DNA from: Phyllosticta citribraziliensis
Lineage: Eukaryota
Length of the DNA stretch: 64,000 nt
Assembly: GCF_038025025.1 (NCBI RefSeq)
Contig: NW_027117341.1
Location: 2,356,001-2,420,000 of the forward strand
Direction: 5' to 3'
Part shown: positions 1 through 15,147 of the stretch, piece by piece
How positions within the stretch are numbered: position 1 is the first letter of the stretch
Layout: every line of letters begins with the position of its first letter
Notes under the pieces: model-generated
What the model was told of the DNA's origin: nothing
Seen by the model: the letters and a program-made list of their open reading frames with translations, nothing else
The model's database searches: none
Made by a program: the position numbers and the translations under genes

Positions 1-197
1 ATTACGGCGTCTAGTAGAGTAAATTAATATAGACTACTAATAATTAATAGGTAAGAAGTAAGAGTAGGTATTATATAGCCTATATAGAATAACTATTTAC
101 TTCTAGGCTAACTATAAATAGCTAGTATATATATAAGTAGTAAATACTAAGTGCTAAATACTATAAAATATAACTATATATACTATATGGTGCTTAA
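1..197 (-). mobile_element. LTR copy (clipped by window start) of the gypsy family whose 3' LTR is at 11000-11196
   Basis: The reverse complement aligns by eye along most of its length with 11000-11196, and directly with 15656-15856. Confidence 0.8.
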
Positions 198-530
198 TAC
201 TTTCTAATTAGTATTCTCTATACTTTTAATTAGATACTTTAGGTAAAGGCCCTAAATTAAAACTACTATATTAGGAATATAGATAGGGATAAGTAAGATA
301 AATAAGTATAAAGTTATAAAGAGAAAAGTTAAGTTTTATAGATAGAGAAGTAAGATATATATATATATATATTTTCTTATAACTACTATTTAATAGGTCC
401 TTTTTTAATATACTACTAGTTAGTAGCTATATTAGTAGCTTTATTAAAGACTAGTATATATTTTATAGTTTTTAAGTCTTTAAATATAACTTTAATAATA
501 TTCTCTCTAATATAGTTTACTTAATTATAT

Positions 531-720
531 TTAAGAAGGTATATTTTACTTACTTATAATTAAGAAGGTATATTTTACTTAGTTATAATTAAGAAGATAT
601 ATTTTACTTAGTTATAATTAAGAAGGTATACTTTAATTAATTATAATTAAGAAGATATATTTTACTTAGTTATAATTAAGAAGATATATTCTACTTAATA
701 TTAATTAAGAAGATAAAATA
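531..720. repeat. ~29-bp tandem repeat (ttaagaaggtatattttacttagttataa), about 6 copies
   Basis: Read directly. A related inverted array (tatatcttcttaa core) lies at ~18130-18270. Confidence 0.8.
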
Positions 721-742
721 TCTATTACTCTATATAAAGAAA

Positions 743-3700
743 TGTTAAAGGAAATAATACTAGTCCTATAGAGAATAAATAGAGTTTTATCCTAATTAGG
801 AAGTGTAGGTAAGGTCTGCCCCTAACTATATAGCCCTAATACTAGCCCCTATAAGGGGAGTAATCTATTACTTTTAATAGGTTATAAGCCTAGCTTCTAG
901 CTATATATTTAAAGCTATAGACTAGTAGTATTAGATTCTCTTTTACTAAGAGAAGACCTTATAAATTATACCTAACCCTAATAGGTAATAAATTATAAAC
1001 TCTCTAAAGTACCTATTATATAGAGGCTAGTATAAAGGAGTTAGAGATTAATCCTATATAGGCTTAAGTGCCCTCTAATTAAATCTTAACTACTAGAGTA
1101 GGGCTTAGTATAGTATTACTACTAAAGTAGTTATATAACTTAAGTGTCCTATAGTACTTAGAACTAGAGAAAAGTAATATTAATTCTTAAGGCCCTACCT
1201 ATTTAATAAATACTATAAGTATCATTTTAACGCCTATCGGCGTACTATAGAATAGTAAGTATAGTAAGACTAGTCTATAAGGTGGTATCTAATTAGTAAG
1301 GTAGTATAGCTAAATAGGTATATAATATAGTTATATAAGAGATACTAAAGAATTACCTTTAAAATATTAGTACCTACTAAAAACTATAAAAACTAGTACT
1401 CCTTAAAGTTCCTAATTATAGCTAAAACACCTGCCACCCTATTAAACTCTAAAGAAATAGAGAAGAGATATAATTATAAGAGTATAAAGAAATCTACTAT
1501 TACTACTACTTAATCTTTAAAGACTAAAGAAAAGGGATCCTAAGTAGAAGTAGCTAAATTATATTAGGTAGATCCTAAGTAGGATAGGGCTATACTTCCC
1601 TAACCTAATAATAAGGAGAAGCCTAAATAGAAGAAGAAGTAGGTTAAGTCTAAGCTCTTTATCTATAGAGATTCTAGTAAATTAGACCCTAAGTCTAAAG
1701 GTAGTCAGGCTAAAGAAGAAGGCCTAGTAGGTCTAGCTAGTATAAAAGACCCTAAACTTAGTATGCTTATAATAACCTAATTAAATATTATAGATATTAA
1801 TAGAGATTATAAAATTAACCCTAATTTTCTAGCCCCTAGACTATCTATACTAGAACCTACCTACTAGCCACGTAGAGATGCTAGAGATAGTATTAGATAG
1901 TAGGAAGAGCTTAATACTTAACTTTACCTATAATAATAATATTTTAGTAATAATACTAAATCTAAGATTAAATAAGGTAGTAGATAACTAGTAGTAGTAT
2001 TTAGGATAAATCTTACCCCTAGATAGTTCCCTAAGTAGCTTTAATATACTTAGGTATAAGAGTATTAAGCTATATAGTTAGCTACTTAGACTAAATACTA
2101 GAACTATACTACTACTAGTAAGAAACTAAAGGGTTAACTACTAGGATTAAAAACTAGAGCCTATATAGTTAGACCTACTAATACTATTATTCCCTTAATT
2201 AAGATAGTCTAATACTAGGCTATCCTATACTAACTAACTTTAACTACCCTATCTATAGTACCCCCTACTAGGCCTAAGAATTTACTTCCCCTAGCTTAAT
2301 TTACTAATTATAGGTATAATAGCTACTTCTAATATTAGCCGCCCGTACCTCTATTTACTAGAGGGGGAGACTATTAATTTTATTAAGCTCCCTCTAGTAG
2401 ATACTACTAGTACCTAGGAGCCTTTAACTATTATTAGCTCCTAAACTAATATTTAGATCCTTACTCTAATATCCTTAGTCTTATTAAACCTAGACTAAAG
2501 CCTAATACTATATTAAAGGAGCTATAAGATACTAAATTCCCTAAGCTTACTAGGCCTAAAATTTTTTACTACTAGTATAGATTATTCTAGGATGCTACTA
2601 TACTTAGTAGCTACTAGTACTTCTACTCTAGCTAGCTTAAGGAGCTTAAAGATAAGAGTATCTAGGTCTTTAAAGACTAAAATATAGAGGTAATTAGCCT
2701 ATTATAAAAGGCTATCTTATATAATATAGGTCTTACTATCCCTAATAATAGGTATATTAATAAGATTCTTACTAAACTTAAGTCTAATAATAGGGAGAGG
2801 GGTAACGCCTACTTTTTCTCCTTATAGTAAGAATAGTAGTCTATAATAATAAACTCCTATAGTATAGTAAAGGAATTTAAGTAATAACTAAAGGATATTT
2901 AGAATTACCTTTATTATCTTAACCTAGAGTATACTAAAACTATATATAAGGTAAACTTATAGTTTATTAATAACCTATCTAATATATATAATACTATTAT
3001 TAGCCAGCTTAATAGTAATCTCTAAGTTATCTAAATAGGGGACCTAATACCTTTTAAGTAGCTAATATAGATAGTACTTAAAGAGGAGAACTAGCTATTT
3101 AATAAGTAGTCTAGTAGAATAACCCCTACTACCTTTATTTCTACTCCTACTAGACCTATTACCCTAGCTATAGTTAATAATGCTTAATAGACCCTCTTAG
3201 ACTTTAAGAGAGGCTCTAAGTATAACTACTATAGTAGCTTAGGGTATCTTAATATTAATAGCTAAAATAGATACTGGCTTTAGCTAGTAAATAAAAGATA
3301 TAAGGAAAAGTTTAAGGTATAGAGGACCTAATCTAGCTATAGAAAGGGTAGTAGTAGTAGTATACTAACTAGATCTATAACTACTAGTTAAAAGAGAAAA
3401 ATTAAGACTAAGCTACTTAGTTAGGCTAATAAGTCTACTATAGCTACTATATATAGCCTACTAGACCTTAAGGACTAATAGGGTAGTACTACTTAGAGCC
3501 CTAAAACTATACTAGTAAGTATAGTTATAAACTATAAAATTATACTTTCTTCTACTATATACTCTTAAGTAGGCCCCTTAGACTAGATTATTAATACTAG
3601 TACCTTAGTATATATTACTAGTACTTAATTATTATTTAATAGTCTAGTTAAGGGGGAGTTACTAAAATAGATACTTAGTATTAGTAGGGCAATACTAGTA

Positions 3701-6700
3701 TTAGGGAAGGGGATAGTTAAGATATAAATCTTAGTATAGAGTATAGAGAAGATACTAAAGCTAGTAGATATCCTTTATATACTAGAGCTACCCTTTAGCA
3801 TCCTCTCTATTAAAAGGTTCTATATATATTCTAGTAGGGTAGATATAGATATTAAAGTTAAGTATCTTAGTACTACTATTAAATTTATTTATTAAAGTAC
3901 TAGTACCCTTCTTACTAAAGGTACCTATTAAGACTAGGACTTATACTACCTTACCTTACCTAAGCTATAGCTAAAACTAAAGGGAGTAGATAGGAGATTA
4001 TAGGATAGTATATAGTTAATTTATACTACTATAGCTACTAAAGATAATAACTTAACCCTTAAGACCTAGTATATTTAGCTAGGGCACCTTAAGGAAGGGT
4101 AGCTATAGTAGATTCTAAGAAAAGTTCTAGGGAAGGTCTTCTCCTCTAATCTACTCTATTATAAGCCTTATTTATAGTCTTCCCTAATCTATAATAACTA
4201 TATATAACTAGGATATTAGGCTAATAAGCTACTTAAGAGGGTCTACTTAGATATTAGTAGGCCTATTAAGTCTATTTTTACTAGTAACTAGATTAGTTAT
4301 TAGTATTAGCTCCTTATTACTAATAATTTCTTATAGTACTATTAGGTCTACCTAATAGTCTATAAGTCTAATATCCTAGTAATATTTAGTAAGTAGTAAG
4401 TATAGGTAGAGAAGAAATTTTTATATAAGATTAGCTACGCGCGTTTAGATAATAGTAGTAAATTTATAGATAGTAATCTTAAAAAACTCTACTAAGCTAT
4501 AGGTATTAAAATTAAGCTAACTATACCCTATAATTCTAAATAGAACGGTATAGCTAAGCATAGTATAAGGATATTATTTAAGTCTACTTATATAATACTA
4601 TATAGTACTAACTTACCTAGCTATTATTTTAGAGAGGTTCTTAAGATAGCTACCTTTATTTTAAACTTCTATCTAACTTTAGTAAATAGGGATAAGTATC
4701 TATATTAGTACCTTCTTAGCCTCTTACTACTACTTTATATTCTATAGGTAGTAGGCTATATTTACTAGAAACTAGTACTAAGAGGGCCCTACCTTAAGAA
4801 GCTTAATAACTATAGTTAGAAGTACTTCCTTCTTAGATATAATAAGAGGAACTACTAGTACTATATATAGAACCTAGATAAGAAGGCTATTTAGAGTATA
4901 TAAGACCTTAAGTTCTTTAAAGACTAGTTTTACTAAGGGGGAGAGGATATCCTACTAATAGTAGGTATTCTAGCTATAGCTAACTATCCTATAGTCTTAA
5001 AGTAACCTACTACCCTAATTAAGGGGAGGAAGAGATTAGTAATTATATTAATTAAGACCCCTATATTAGCTAGCTATATATCCCTTATTACTATAGAAGG
5101 TGACCTAAATAAAGAGAACTAGGTTATAGAACCTAACTATAACCTAGAGGATATATACTAGTAGATTACTAGGCTTAACTTAGTAGAGGATAATATAGGC
5201 TATATAGTAGTAGCCCTTATATATACCCTAGAGTATCTATAAGATAAGAGCTAGCTTATCCTAGCTATAGAGGTAGTAAAGACTATTAACCTTATAGAGC
5301 TAAAGAGCTATAAGATAGTAGTAACTTATTTAAAAAAGGATAAGTAGATTATATCTATTAAGAATAAGACTAACTCCTTACTAGAAAATAAGGTCTTTAC
5401 TATATATTCCCTATTAAGGTACTAGAAGGTGCTTAGTAGTCATTTTATCTTTAAGATTAAGACTAAAACTAAGGGTAGTAAGAATAGGTATAAATTATAC
5501 TAGGTTATTAGAGGCTTTAAATAATAGTATAGTATTAACTTTTAAGAAATATTTATATTAGTTATTAAACCTATAACCTATAAGGTGCTCTTTACTCTTA
5601 CTAATATATTAGGCTAGGAAATTAATTAGATAGATATAAAGACTGCCTTTCTATATAGTCTTATTAATATAGAGGTATATATTAAGTTACCTCCTAACCT
5701 TAGGAAGAAGCACCTAGGTATAGTATATAAGCTAAAGAAGGTACTCTATAGCCTAAAGTAAGTACCTAAAATTTAGTTTAAGACCCTAAGTGCGGCACTC
5801 TATAAGCTTAGCTTCTTATATATTAGTAAGGACTATAGGGTCTTTACTAGATTAGATAGTATTATTATTATAGTATATATTAATAACCTGCTTATTATAG
5901 GTCCTAAAAGATTAGTAATTACTAGTATAAAGGGGTCTCTATTAGAATAGTTTAAGATATAGGATATAGGGCCTATAAGTTTCTACCTAGATATTAAGCT
6001 TAGTAGATACTAGATAAAATATAAAGATAGGAATAAACTTTCCCTTATCTAGTAAGTATATATAGTAAAGATCCTTTATAAGTTTAAAATAAGTAACTAT
6101 AATCCTATTAGTATACTAATACTAGATAAGCCCTTAGTCCCTAGAGAAGAAGGGTATATAGCTAGGCCTAAACTAAAGAAGTAGTACTAATCTATAGTAG
6201 GCTTACTTATATACTTAATAATCTATATAAGGCCTAATATTACCTATATAGTCTTATAGTTAAGTAGGTTTACTATAAATCCTACTAATAAATATAAGAA
6301 GGCTATAAAGTATATCTTCTACTACCTATAGGGGACTAAGAATTAGGGACTAACCTTTAACTTATTAAAGAAGGAGTAGGGACTAGTAGGCTTTATAGAT
6401 ATAAATTAGGCCTATAATAATAACTAAAGGTTAATAGGTAGATATATCTTTAAGCTATTTAGAACTATAATCTCCTAGAGCTTAAAATAATAAGTAACTA
6501 TAGCGCTATCATCTTATAAAGTAGAGTATATAGTAGAGATAGAGGTAGTAAAGGAAGCTATCTAGCTAAGATATCTATTATAGAACTTTAGTTTTAATAG
6601 AGATAAGTATATAGTAATTAGGAGAGATAACTATAGTACCCTATTAATAGTAATAAACCTAGTCTTCTACTTAAGGATAAAGTATATTAACATCTAATAC

Positions 6701-7158
6701 TATTTTATATAGTAGAAGGTTAAAGAGGGTCTAGTATATATAGAATAGGTACTATTAGCTAAAAATCTAGTAGATATTATAACTAAACTACTAGGCGCCA
6801 CTATCTTTATAAGGCTATATAAGGAGATTAGACTATAAGTTATTAGTAAGTAAGATAAAGGGGGAGTATAAGAATAGGACTATAAAGGAGCGGACTATAG
6901 ATACTAATAGAGAAAAGATAGGACTATAGAAGAGCTTAGAATAGGATTATATTAGAGGAGGAGCTTAGTTAAGTAACTAGAGGAGAATCTAAGTCTTATA
7001 GAAGTTAGTATTAAGGAGGAGTATTAAAGGAAATAATACTAGTCCTATAGAGAATAAATAGAGTTTTATCCTAATTAGGAAGTATAGGTAAGGTCCGCCC
7101 CTAACTATATAGCCCTAATACTAGCCCCTATAAGGGGAGTAATCTATTACTTTTAATA
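743..7158 (+). mobile_element. Full-length Ty1/copia LTR retrotransposon, RIP-inactivated
   Basis: 137-bp LTRs at 743-879 and 7022-7158; 5-bp TSD AGAAA on both sides; PBS-like ggttataagcc at 880; purine tract before the 3' LTR. Domain order is integrase (RLDNSSKF~RSDNGGEF ~4440; NGIAK ~4545), RT (DIKTAFLY ~5630, LKKVLYSLK ~5730, YINNLL ~5875), RNase H (KYINI ~6680). Confidence 0.95.
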
Positions 7159-7252
7159 AGAAATAGTATTCCTAAAAATATATCTTTATATCTCTAGTTA
7201 TTCTATTATATATAGGCTAGAGTATCCTATCTACTAAGAAATAGAGTATCTA

Positions 7253-7870
7253 GTATAGTACTACTAGTTAGTATAAGGTTTATAGCTCTAAAAGATTAAT
7301 TTTAGCTTTATTACTCCTATTCCTAGTAGTAGTTTTAGCTTAGATATAAATAGGAGATTAGGCTAGTATAGGGATAAGATAATAAGTAGTTCTAGAATCT
7401 TAGAAACTTATATTTCTATATAGTTTAGTAGTAATAATAAAAGCTAATAAAAGTATAATAAAAGTATAATAAAAGTATATATAAACTTAGTATCTTTAGT
7501 AGTAATAGAAGGTCTTATATTATTAGTATTATTAGTAGTAGATTAGCTAGTTATATACCTCCTTTTATAGTGACTTATAGAGAAGTACTACTATATAAAT
7601 AAAGTCTTTTATACCTAGTTAAACTAATCTTTCCTAGATATTTAGTTATCTATCTATTTATACTTATTATTTATACCTAAGTCTTATACTACTTAGATAG
7701 CTTAATAGTAGCTAAATAGTAGTATATCTTAGTTAGTTTAGTAGTTATCTTAGTCCTATAATATAGAGCCTACTTATTTACTACTAGTTACTATCTCTTA
7801 TACCTCTTCTAGTACTAGTATTTTAGCCGGCTAAGTAAGTATATTAGTAAGTAGCTAGTCCTACCTATAC
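7253..7870 (-). mobile_element. ~600-bp non-autonomous TA-flanked element (MITE-like), copy 1
   Basis: Reverse complement of the copies at 14551, 17202 and 20681; flanked by TA. Confidence 0.8.
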
Positions 7871-10800
7871 TACTATAGATATATTATAGATAAGTAGACT
7901 AAGGACCTACTAATATTCTAAATCTACTATAGTATCTATAAGTACTTAGTTATATTATACCCTTTAGTATAGCTAATAGCCCTAGTACCTAGTAATATCT
8001 AATTAATAAGTATTTATACTACTATCTTAGTAAGTAGATAACTATATATCTTAATAATATCCTTATTTATAGCTAAATACTTATAGATTACTAATAGTAC
8101 GTCTAGGAGGTCCTTATATAGTTATAAGAGTATAGTTTATAAGTTAATATTAATAAGTATAAGTTCTATATCTAGGAAATATAGTTTTTAGGTATTATTA
8201 TCTCTACTAATAGTATTTATATAGACCTATCTAAGATTAATATAATTATATCTTAGGAGTAGCCTATAATAGTAAAATAAATCTAGTCCTTCCTTAGTAC
8301 TACTAATTTCTACTAGTAATTTATTAAGGACTATAGTAAAACTACTAGGCTATTAATATAGTTTATTTATAAAAATACTATCTAGTAGTAGACTAATACT
8401 AAATAATAGTTATTTAATAGTCTTAAGTATACCCTTATAGTAATACTAGTCCTTACTTACTTTAACCTAGCTTATAAGACTATTATAGAAATAGACTTAT
8501 CTAATTAGACTAATAGTAGCCTAATCTTCTAATATAATAATAATAAATAATAGCTTTATCCTATTATATACTACTCTAAAATCCTAGTACTAGCTAAGCT
8601 TAACTATACTATCTATAATAAGAAGCTCCTAGCTATTATTTATACTATAAAATTATAGGAGCCTAATATTAAAGCTTACTAGATACTATTTATAGTACTT
8701 ATAAATAACTAGATATTATAGTACTTTACTATAACTAAGTAGCTTACTTATTAGTAAGCCTACTAGGCTAAACTCCTCTCTAAATATAACTTTAAGATTA
8801 TATACTACCCTAGCTATACTAATATTAAGGCTAATACTTTTACCTACTATAGGCCTAGAGAGAGACCTTAGAAAAATAAAGATTAATTATATAACTTATT
8901 ATATAACTTAGTAAAAGGTCTAGCTTTTCTAAATTACCTTCTTTAGAAACTCTACTTTAAGCCCTCTAGGTATTTTTATTTATAGTACTCTTCTATAGAT
9001 ATCTCTTTAAAAATTTCTTTTACTTATATCTCTTTATAAAGACTAACTTTTAATTTCTCTAAAATAGTATAGAGTTTTATCATAACTCTTTTAGGTTTAA
9101 ATAAGTAGAGAGGATTCTTTTAAGAAGTAAAATTACTTTATACCTAAGGTAAGAAGTTATTTCTATAGAAAGAGTAAATTAAATTCTACTCCCCTTCTCT
9201 AGACTAGTTCTATAAAGCCTAACTATATACTTCTTCCTTAATTCCTACGCGTTATATAATATTAGTAAGCCTAAGGTAGTCTTTAAGCTAAGTCTACTCT
9301 ACTATCTTATACTACTATCTATAAGATACCCCTACTACTAATAACTCCTAGTACTAATTATAATCCTAAACTCTACTCCTAGCTAATAAACTCTCTACTA
9401 GTATATATAAAGACTAGGAGCTAGTACCTATAGATACTATTAATAATAATAAACTATTTATAAGTTATTACCTACTAGCTACTAATATAATAGATAATAC
9501 TATAATAAATAACTAGAGGTACTATACTAATAAGCTAGACTTATCCTTTACTATTAATAGATACTAGAATATCTTTATAGATAGCTATATTATTATTCTA
9601 AAAGAACTTAGACCTCTCCTTATCTAGTATATCTATAAATAGCTACTTACTAGCTAACCTAGCTAAAACTAGCTATATAACTTATTAGCCCTATATTTCT
9701 AGTTTCTATATCTTATCTTACTTATTACCTAAGTTATTAATAACTATTCTATCTATATCTATATCTATAAGGCTTACCTAGCTATTTTAGGCTATCTATA
9801 GCTACTACTAATTCTATTATAGCCCTTATAATATATTACTATAGACTTTATTAGCCTACTATCTTATAGTAAGAATATAGATACTATCTTAGTTATATAT
9901 AACTATTTTAGTAAGATATATAACTTTATTACTATAGATACTATAAATAATAGAATAACTACTAAAGCTATAGCTTATATACCTATAGACTATATCTTTA
10001 CTATCTATAGCTTCCCTCTCTCTATTATCTTAGACTATAGTAACTAGTTTATCTCTTACCTATAGGAAGGCCTTACTTATATTATTAGTATTAGTCTAAA
10101 GCTATCTATAAACTAATAGCTAGACTAAATAAGCTAATTAGGACCTTAAGAACTACTTAAGATAATTTATTAGGTTCTATTAAGATAACTAATAGCTACT
10201 ACTATCTATTATCTAGTTTATAACTAATAGTATACTATATAAGAGCCTCTATAACTACTCCCCTTTTTATATTTATTATAGCTATAAGCTATAATCTAAT
10301 TTTAATACTAAAGTAGCTACTTATAGTATATATAGACTAATTATAGATACCTATTTTCTATAACTATAAACTACCTAAGCTATTACCTATACTATATAAT
10401 AGGTATAGGATAAAACTAAGTATAGTCTTATAGTTATATAATAATAAATAGCTATCTAAGCTAACTACTAGTATTAGTATTACCTTATTAAACTAGATAA
10501 ATATATATATATATCTATATAGATTATATATATATACTCTATAGCTATCCTACTATACTTTAATTTTATAATAATAGACTATATTAAGTTACTAATATCT
10601 ATAGTAACTAGGCTATATTATAACTACCTACTAGTTTATATACCTATAATAAATTTAATATCTTATACCTTATTATTACTAGTAATAATTTATTACCTAG
10701 CTAATAACTAGCTACTAGACTAGCCCTATAAGATAATAATAATAAGAATAAGGATACTAATTAGATAGTAGAGGAGGTTATAAGCTACTAGATATTAGCT

Positions 10801-11196
10801 AATAGGAGGCTCTTATTTAAAATAAACTATATTATCTATCCTCTAGACCTAGTATTTTATAATATAGATAATAGTAAGTTTAATACTATATATAATTTTA
10901 TCCTAATATATTATAAGTAGTACCTAGGCCTATAACTACTAACTAGATAGATAAATAACTAAGTAATAAGGATATTACTTATTAGGGAGGGATAGATAGT
11001 ATTATATATATACTACTATACTATACTACTTATATTTTATATTTTATAGTATTTACTACTTATATATATACTAGCCTTATTTAGTTAGCCTAGGAGTAGA
11101 TAGTTATTCTATTTAGACTATATAATAACTACTCTTACTCCTTACCTATTAATTATTAGTAGTCTATATTAATTTATTCTACTAGATACTATAATA
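7871..11196 (+). mobile_element. 5'-truncated Ty3/gypsy (chromovirus-type) LTR retrotransposon, RIP-inactivated
   Basis: RT (PFSIANSP ~7960; YLNNILIYS ~8045), RNase H (EIDLSN~ETDASD ~8490), integrase ~9400-10300, chromodomain-like VEEVIS ~10770, purine tract 10984-10999, 3' LTR 11000-11196. Confidence 0.88.
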
Positions 11197-11814
11197 CCTC
11201 TCTACTAGCCCTCTAGTTACCCTACTATAATAAAAATAAGATAAGAATTTTAGATTTTAGAAAATCTATTAAATCTAGATAAATATAATTTTATCTAGTT
11301 AATATAAATTTAAGTAATAGAAGTATAGATAAAATAAAAGAAAATAGTCTAGGCTTTTTATAAAATATTAATAAATCTAGTATAGGGAAAGAATTTAAAA
11401 ATCTAGCTAAATACTATTAGGATAGTATCTTATTAAGTACCCTTTAATATAATTTAGCTTTCTCTATAAATATATAATAGATATTAAAGAGTAGCTATAA
11501 TCTAGACCTCTTATATACCCTCCTTTCTAAATTTCTATTAAGAAAGAGATAGTAAAGAGTTTATAGCTAAATACTATTAAAGTAGCTACTTACTAGGTAC
11601 TCTTTAATATAGTTCTACTTCTTCTATAAGTATATTATAAATAGTAGAGGGTAGTTATAGCCTAGATAAGGTATCTAGACTTCTTTCTAAGAAGAGTAAG
11701 ACTTTTTAAGCTCCTCTTTATTTCTAATTAAATACTAATAGGGTAGCTACTTACTTAATACCTTTTAATATAGTTTTACTCCCTCTATAAGTATATAATA
11801 AGTAGTAGGGGATA

Positions 11815-11985
11815 TATATATAGTAAATATATATAGTAAAGGTATATAAATATTAAAGAAATATAGTAAAGGTATATATAGTAAAGGTATATATAGTAAA
11901 GGTATATATAGTAAAGGTATATATAGTAAAGGTATATATAGTAAAGATATATATAGTAAAGGTATATATAGTAAAGGTATATATA
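11815..11985. repeat. 15-bp minisatellite (gtaaaggtatatata)n
   Basis: Read directly. Confidence 0.9.
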
Positions 11986-12665
11986 TTTATTTATTTAGTT
12001 TAATATCTCTCTTTAATCTAAGACTATAAGAGATAAGGATAGCTACCCTAGTAGTACCTAAATAGCTAATATAGTATATAGCCTAATAGGTTAAAACTAT
12101 ATTAGGTATATATATAGCTTTTCCTTCTTAGGTAGTTTTTAGTAGTTATAATTAGACCTTTTTAGGATAAGCCCTTATAAGAAAATTATTAAATTAGTAA
12201 TATTAGTATAAATAAGTAAAGACTAAGTAAGTATAAAGTTATAAAGGAAATAGTAAGGGTTTATAGGTATAGGAATAAGATATATAAAGATATATATATA
12301 TATATCTTTATAACTCCTTAACCCTACTATATAGTAGGTTCTCTTTTAATAAACTACTATTTAGTAGCTATATTAGTATTTTTAATAAATACTAGTATAG
12401 CCTTTATAGTTTCTAAATTTTTTAAATAATATTTTTATACTTAGAGAGGGGATATACTCTCTTAATAAGTTTTATTAGTCCTTATACTCCTTATAGAATA
12501 GTAGATAGTATAAGGGGGTTTCTTTAAGACTTCTATACCTATATCTCTTTATTTATTTAGTTTAATATCCCTCTTAAGTCTTAGGCTATAAGTAACTAGA
12601 ATAGCTATCTTAATAGGATTAATATTACCTATAGATTAAATATCCTAGTAGGCTAAAACTATATT

Positions 12666-12696
<31 letters not shown>

Positions 12697-13014
12697 GCTT
12701 TTCCTTCTTAGGTAGTTTTATTTATTTATTTAGTTTAATATCCCTTTTAAGTTAAAGACTATAAGAGATAAGGATAGATATCCTAGGCTATCTAGGTTAC
12801 TTCTATAATATATAGCCTATTAGATTAAAACTATATTAGGTATATATATATAGCTACTCCTTCTTAGTAGAGTTTTAATAATTATAATTAGATATTTTAG
12901 GCTAAGCCCTTATATAAAATTTATAAAAATAGTAATTTATATAGAAATAAGTAAAAACTAAAATAATTTTAATTTATAAAGGAAAAGGTAATATTTTATA
13001 TATAGGGGAGTAAG

Positions 13015-13152
13015 ATATATAAAGATATATAAAGATATATAAAGATATATAAAGATATATAAAGATATATAAAGATATATAAAGATATATAAAGATATAT
13101 AAAGATATATAAAGATATATAAAGATATATAAAGATATATAAAGATATATAA

Positions 13153-13186
<34 letters not shown>
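13015..13186. repeat. 10-bp microsatellite (aaagatatat)n followed by (ta)n, expanded inside a LINE 3' UTR
   Basis: Read directly. Other LINE copies have only a short (ta)n or 1-2 units at this site. Confidence 0.9.
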
Positions 13187-13191
<5 letters not shown>

Positions 13192-13766
13192 ACTCCTTTA
13201 CCCTACTATATAGGGGGTTCTCTTTTAATATACCTCTATTTAGTAGCTATATTAGTATTTTTAATTAAGCTAGGGTAGCCCTTATATTTTCTAAATTTTT
13301 AAATAGGTTTTTAATTCTTAGGGAGGGAGTATCCTTTCTTAGTAATTTCTATTAGTCTTTATAGTACCTATAAGATAGTAGGAGGTATAATAGGGTTTCT
13401 TTAAAATTATAAAATCTATATATACTAGTAGGAGACTATTTTATAAGTAATAAGTAGGATTTAAAGTAGCTATATCCTATTTTTAGCTAGTAAAAAGCTA
13501 AGGCTATAGTTCTTAGTATTCCTATAGATATTCTTAGCTTATAGCTAGGCTTAGTTATATAAATACTATAGTAGTAGGAGGTATTATTAGATTTAGCTTA
13601 TACCTTATCTATAATAGCTTACTAGTCCTATATAATAGTATCCTTTATATATAAGCCTATAAGTACTAGAGCTTTAAGGTAATTTTTTAACTCCTTATTA
13701 TTTACTTCCTTAGCTAAGGAGTTAGTTAATTTATTTCTATATATATCTATATAGCTTAGTACCTAT

Positions 13767-14541
13767 TATAGTACTACTAGTAATTACTTATTAGTAGATA
13801 AAGGTATAAGAAGTTAGTCTATATAAGAGGGCTTAATTAAATAGAATATTAAAGATAGCTATCTAGAAGGAGAGAAACTATCTCTTTATAAAATCCCTTC
13901 TTTATACTTTCTAGAGAAAACTAAATAAGTAAGGACTAAATAAATAATTATATAATTAATAAAAAGTTAAAGAGATACTAGAAAGAAAGAAAAAAGAAAT
14001 AAAAGAAGAAATATAATATTAGATTAGGAATTTAGAGAAGAATATATTAGATTAAGGGGTCCTATCTCTATAGTCCTAGCTTTAGAATTTTCTTAGTTAT
14101 AGGGTAGTACTAAGGGTAGACTAATTAATAATATTTATATATTTTAATTAAAAATAGTAAGTTAAAAGAATAAAATATAAAATATACCTACTTTCTATCT
14201 ATTTTCTAGCTTTTTATTTATACCTTTCTACCTCTTATCCTTTATATAAGGATTAATAGTTAGTCTTAGGGTTTATAATAAGGTAGATATTAGTAGGTTA
14301 GTTATTATTAGGTATTAGCCTTAGGCTATAATAGCTAGGGGTAGCCTAAGGCTACTATCTTATATAATTATATAGTACTAGGTTTACCTATACTTATATA
14401 GATATATATACTAGTATACTATCTATTATAATACTTAGTATACCTTAGCTAGGAACTATAGCTTATATAGGTAGCTAAGATAGTATAGTTATATAACTAT
14501 ATACTTATTACTAGTATAGGTATTTAGCTATAAGTATAATA
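13767..14541. mobile_element. Solo LTR (~775 bp) inserted in a LINE fragment
   Basis: 5-bp TSD CCTAT at 13762-13766 and 14542-14546 restores the LINE sequence agtacctattcta. A related, internally shorter copy is at ~19035-19481. Confidence 0.7.
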
Positions 14542-14550
14542 CCTATTCTA

Positions 14551-15147
14551 GTATAGATAGAACTAGCTACTTACTAATATACTTACTTAGCTAGCTAAAA
14601 TACTAGAACTAGAAGAGGTATAAGAGATAGTAACTAGTAGTAAATAAGTAGGTTCTATAGGATAAGACTAAAACTACTTTAAACTAACTAAGATTAGCTA
14701 CTATATAGCCTTTATCTTACTATTTAAGTAGTATAAAACTTAAAAATAAATAATAGGTATAAATAAATAAATAACTAAGTAGTTATTAGATAATAGTTTA
14801 ACTAAGTATAAAAGACTTTATTTATATAAGTAGTATCTCTCTATAAGTAGCTATAAAAGGAGGTATATAACTAGCTAATCTACTATTAAAAATACTAATA
14901 ATATAAGACCTTCTATTACTACTAAAGATGCTAAGTTCTCCTATACTTTTATTAGCTATTATTATTACTACTAAATCATGTAGAACTATAATTTCCTAAG
15001 ATTCTAGAGCTATCTATAGTTTTATTATTACGCTAGCCTAATCTTCTACTTATACTAGAGCTAAAATCGCCGCTAGGGATAGGAGTAATAATGCTAAAAA
15101 ATAACCTTCTAGAGCTATAAAAATAGTACTAACTAGTAGTACTATAC
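14551..15147 (+). mobile_element. ~600-bp MITE-like element, copy 2
   Basis: Colinear with 17202-17799 and 20681-21278. Confidence 0.8.

Larger units (their letters stand above)
11986..14550 (-). mobile_element. Stacked 3' fragments of the Tad1-like LINE (tails at ~11986, ~12549, ~12721); the last is interrupted by a solo LTR
   Basis: Each starts with (attt)n-agtttaatatc, matching the LINE 3' end at 20581. 12721-13766 matches the 3' UTR/RNase H region of the LINE at 21280-22090. Confidence 0.8.

Noticed and set aside
11400..11810. Three ~160-bp degenerate repeats as a RIP-mutated repeat-protein gene
   Set aside because: Too degraded to translate to any recognisable motif.
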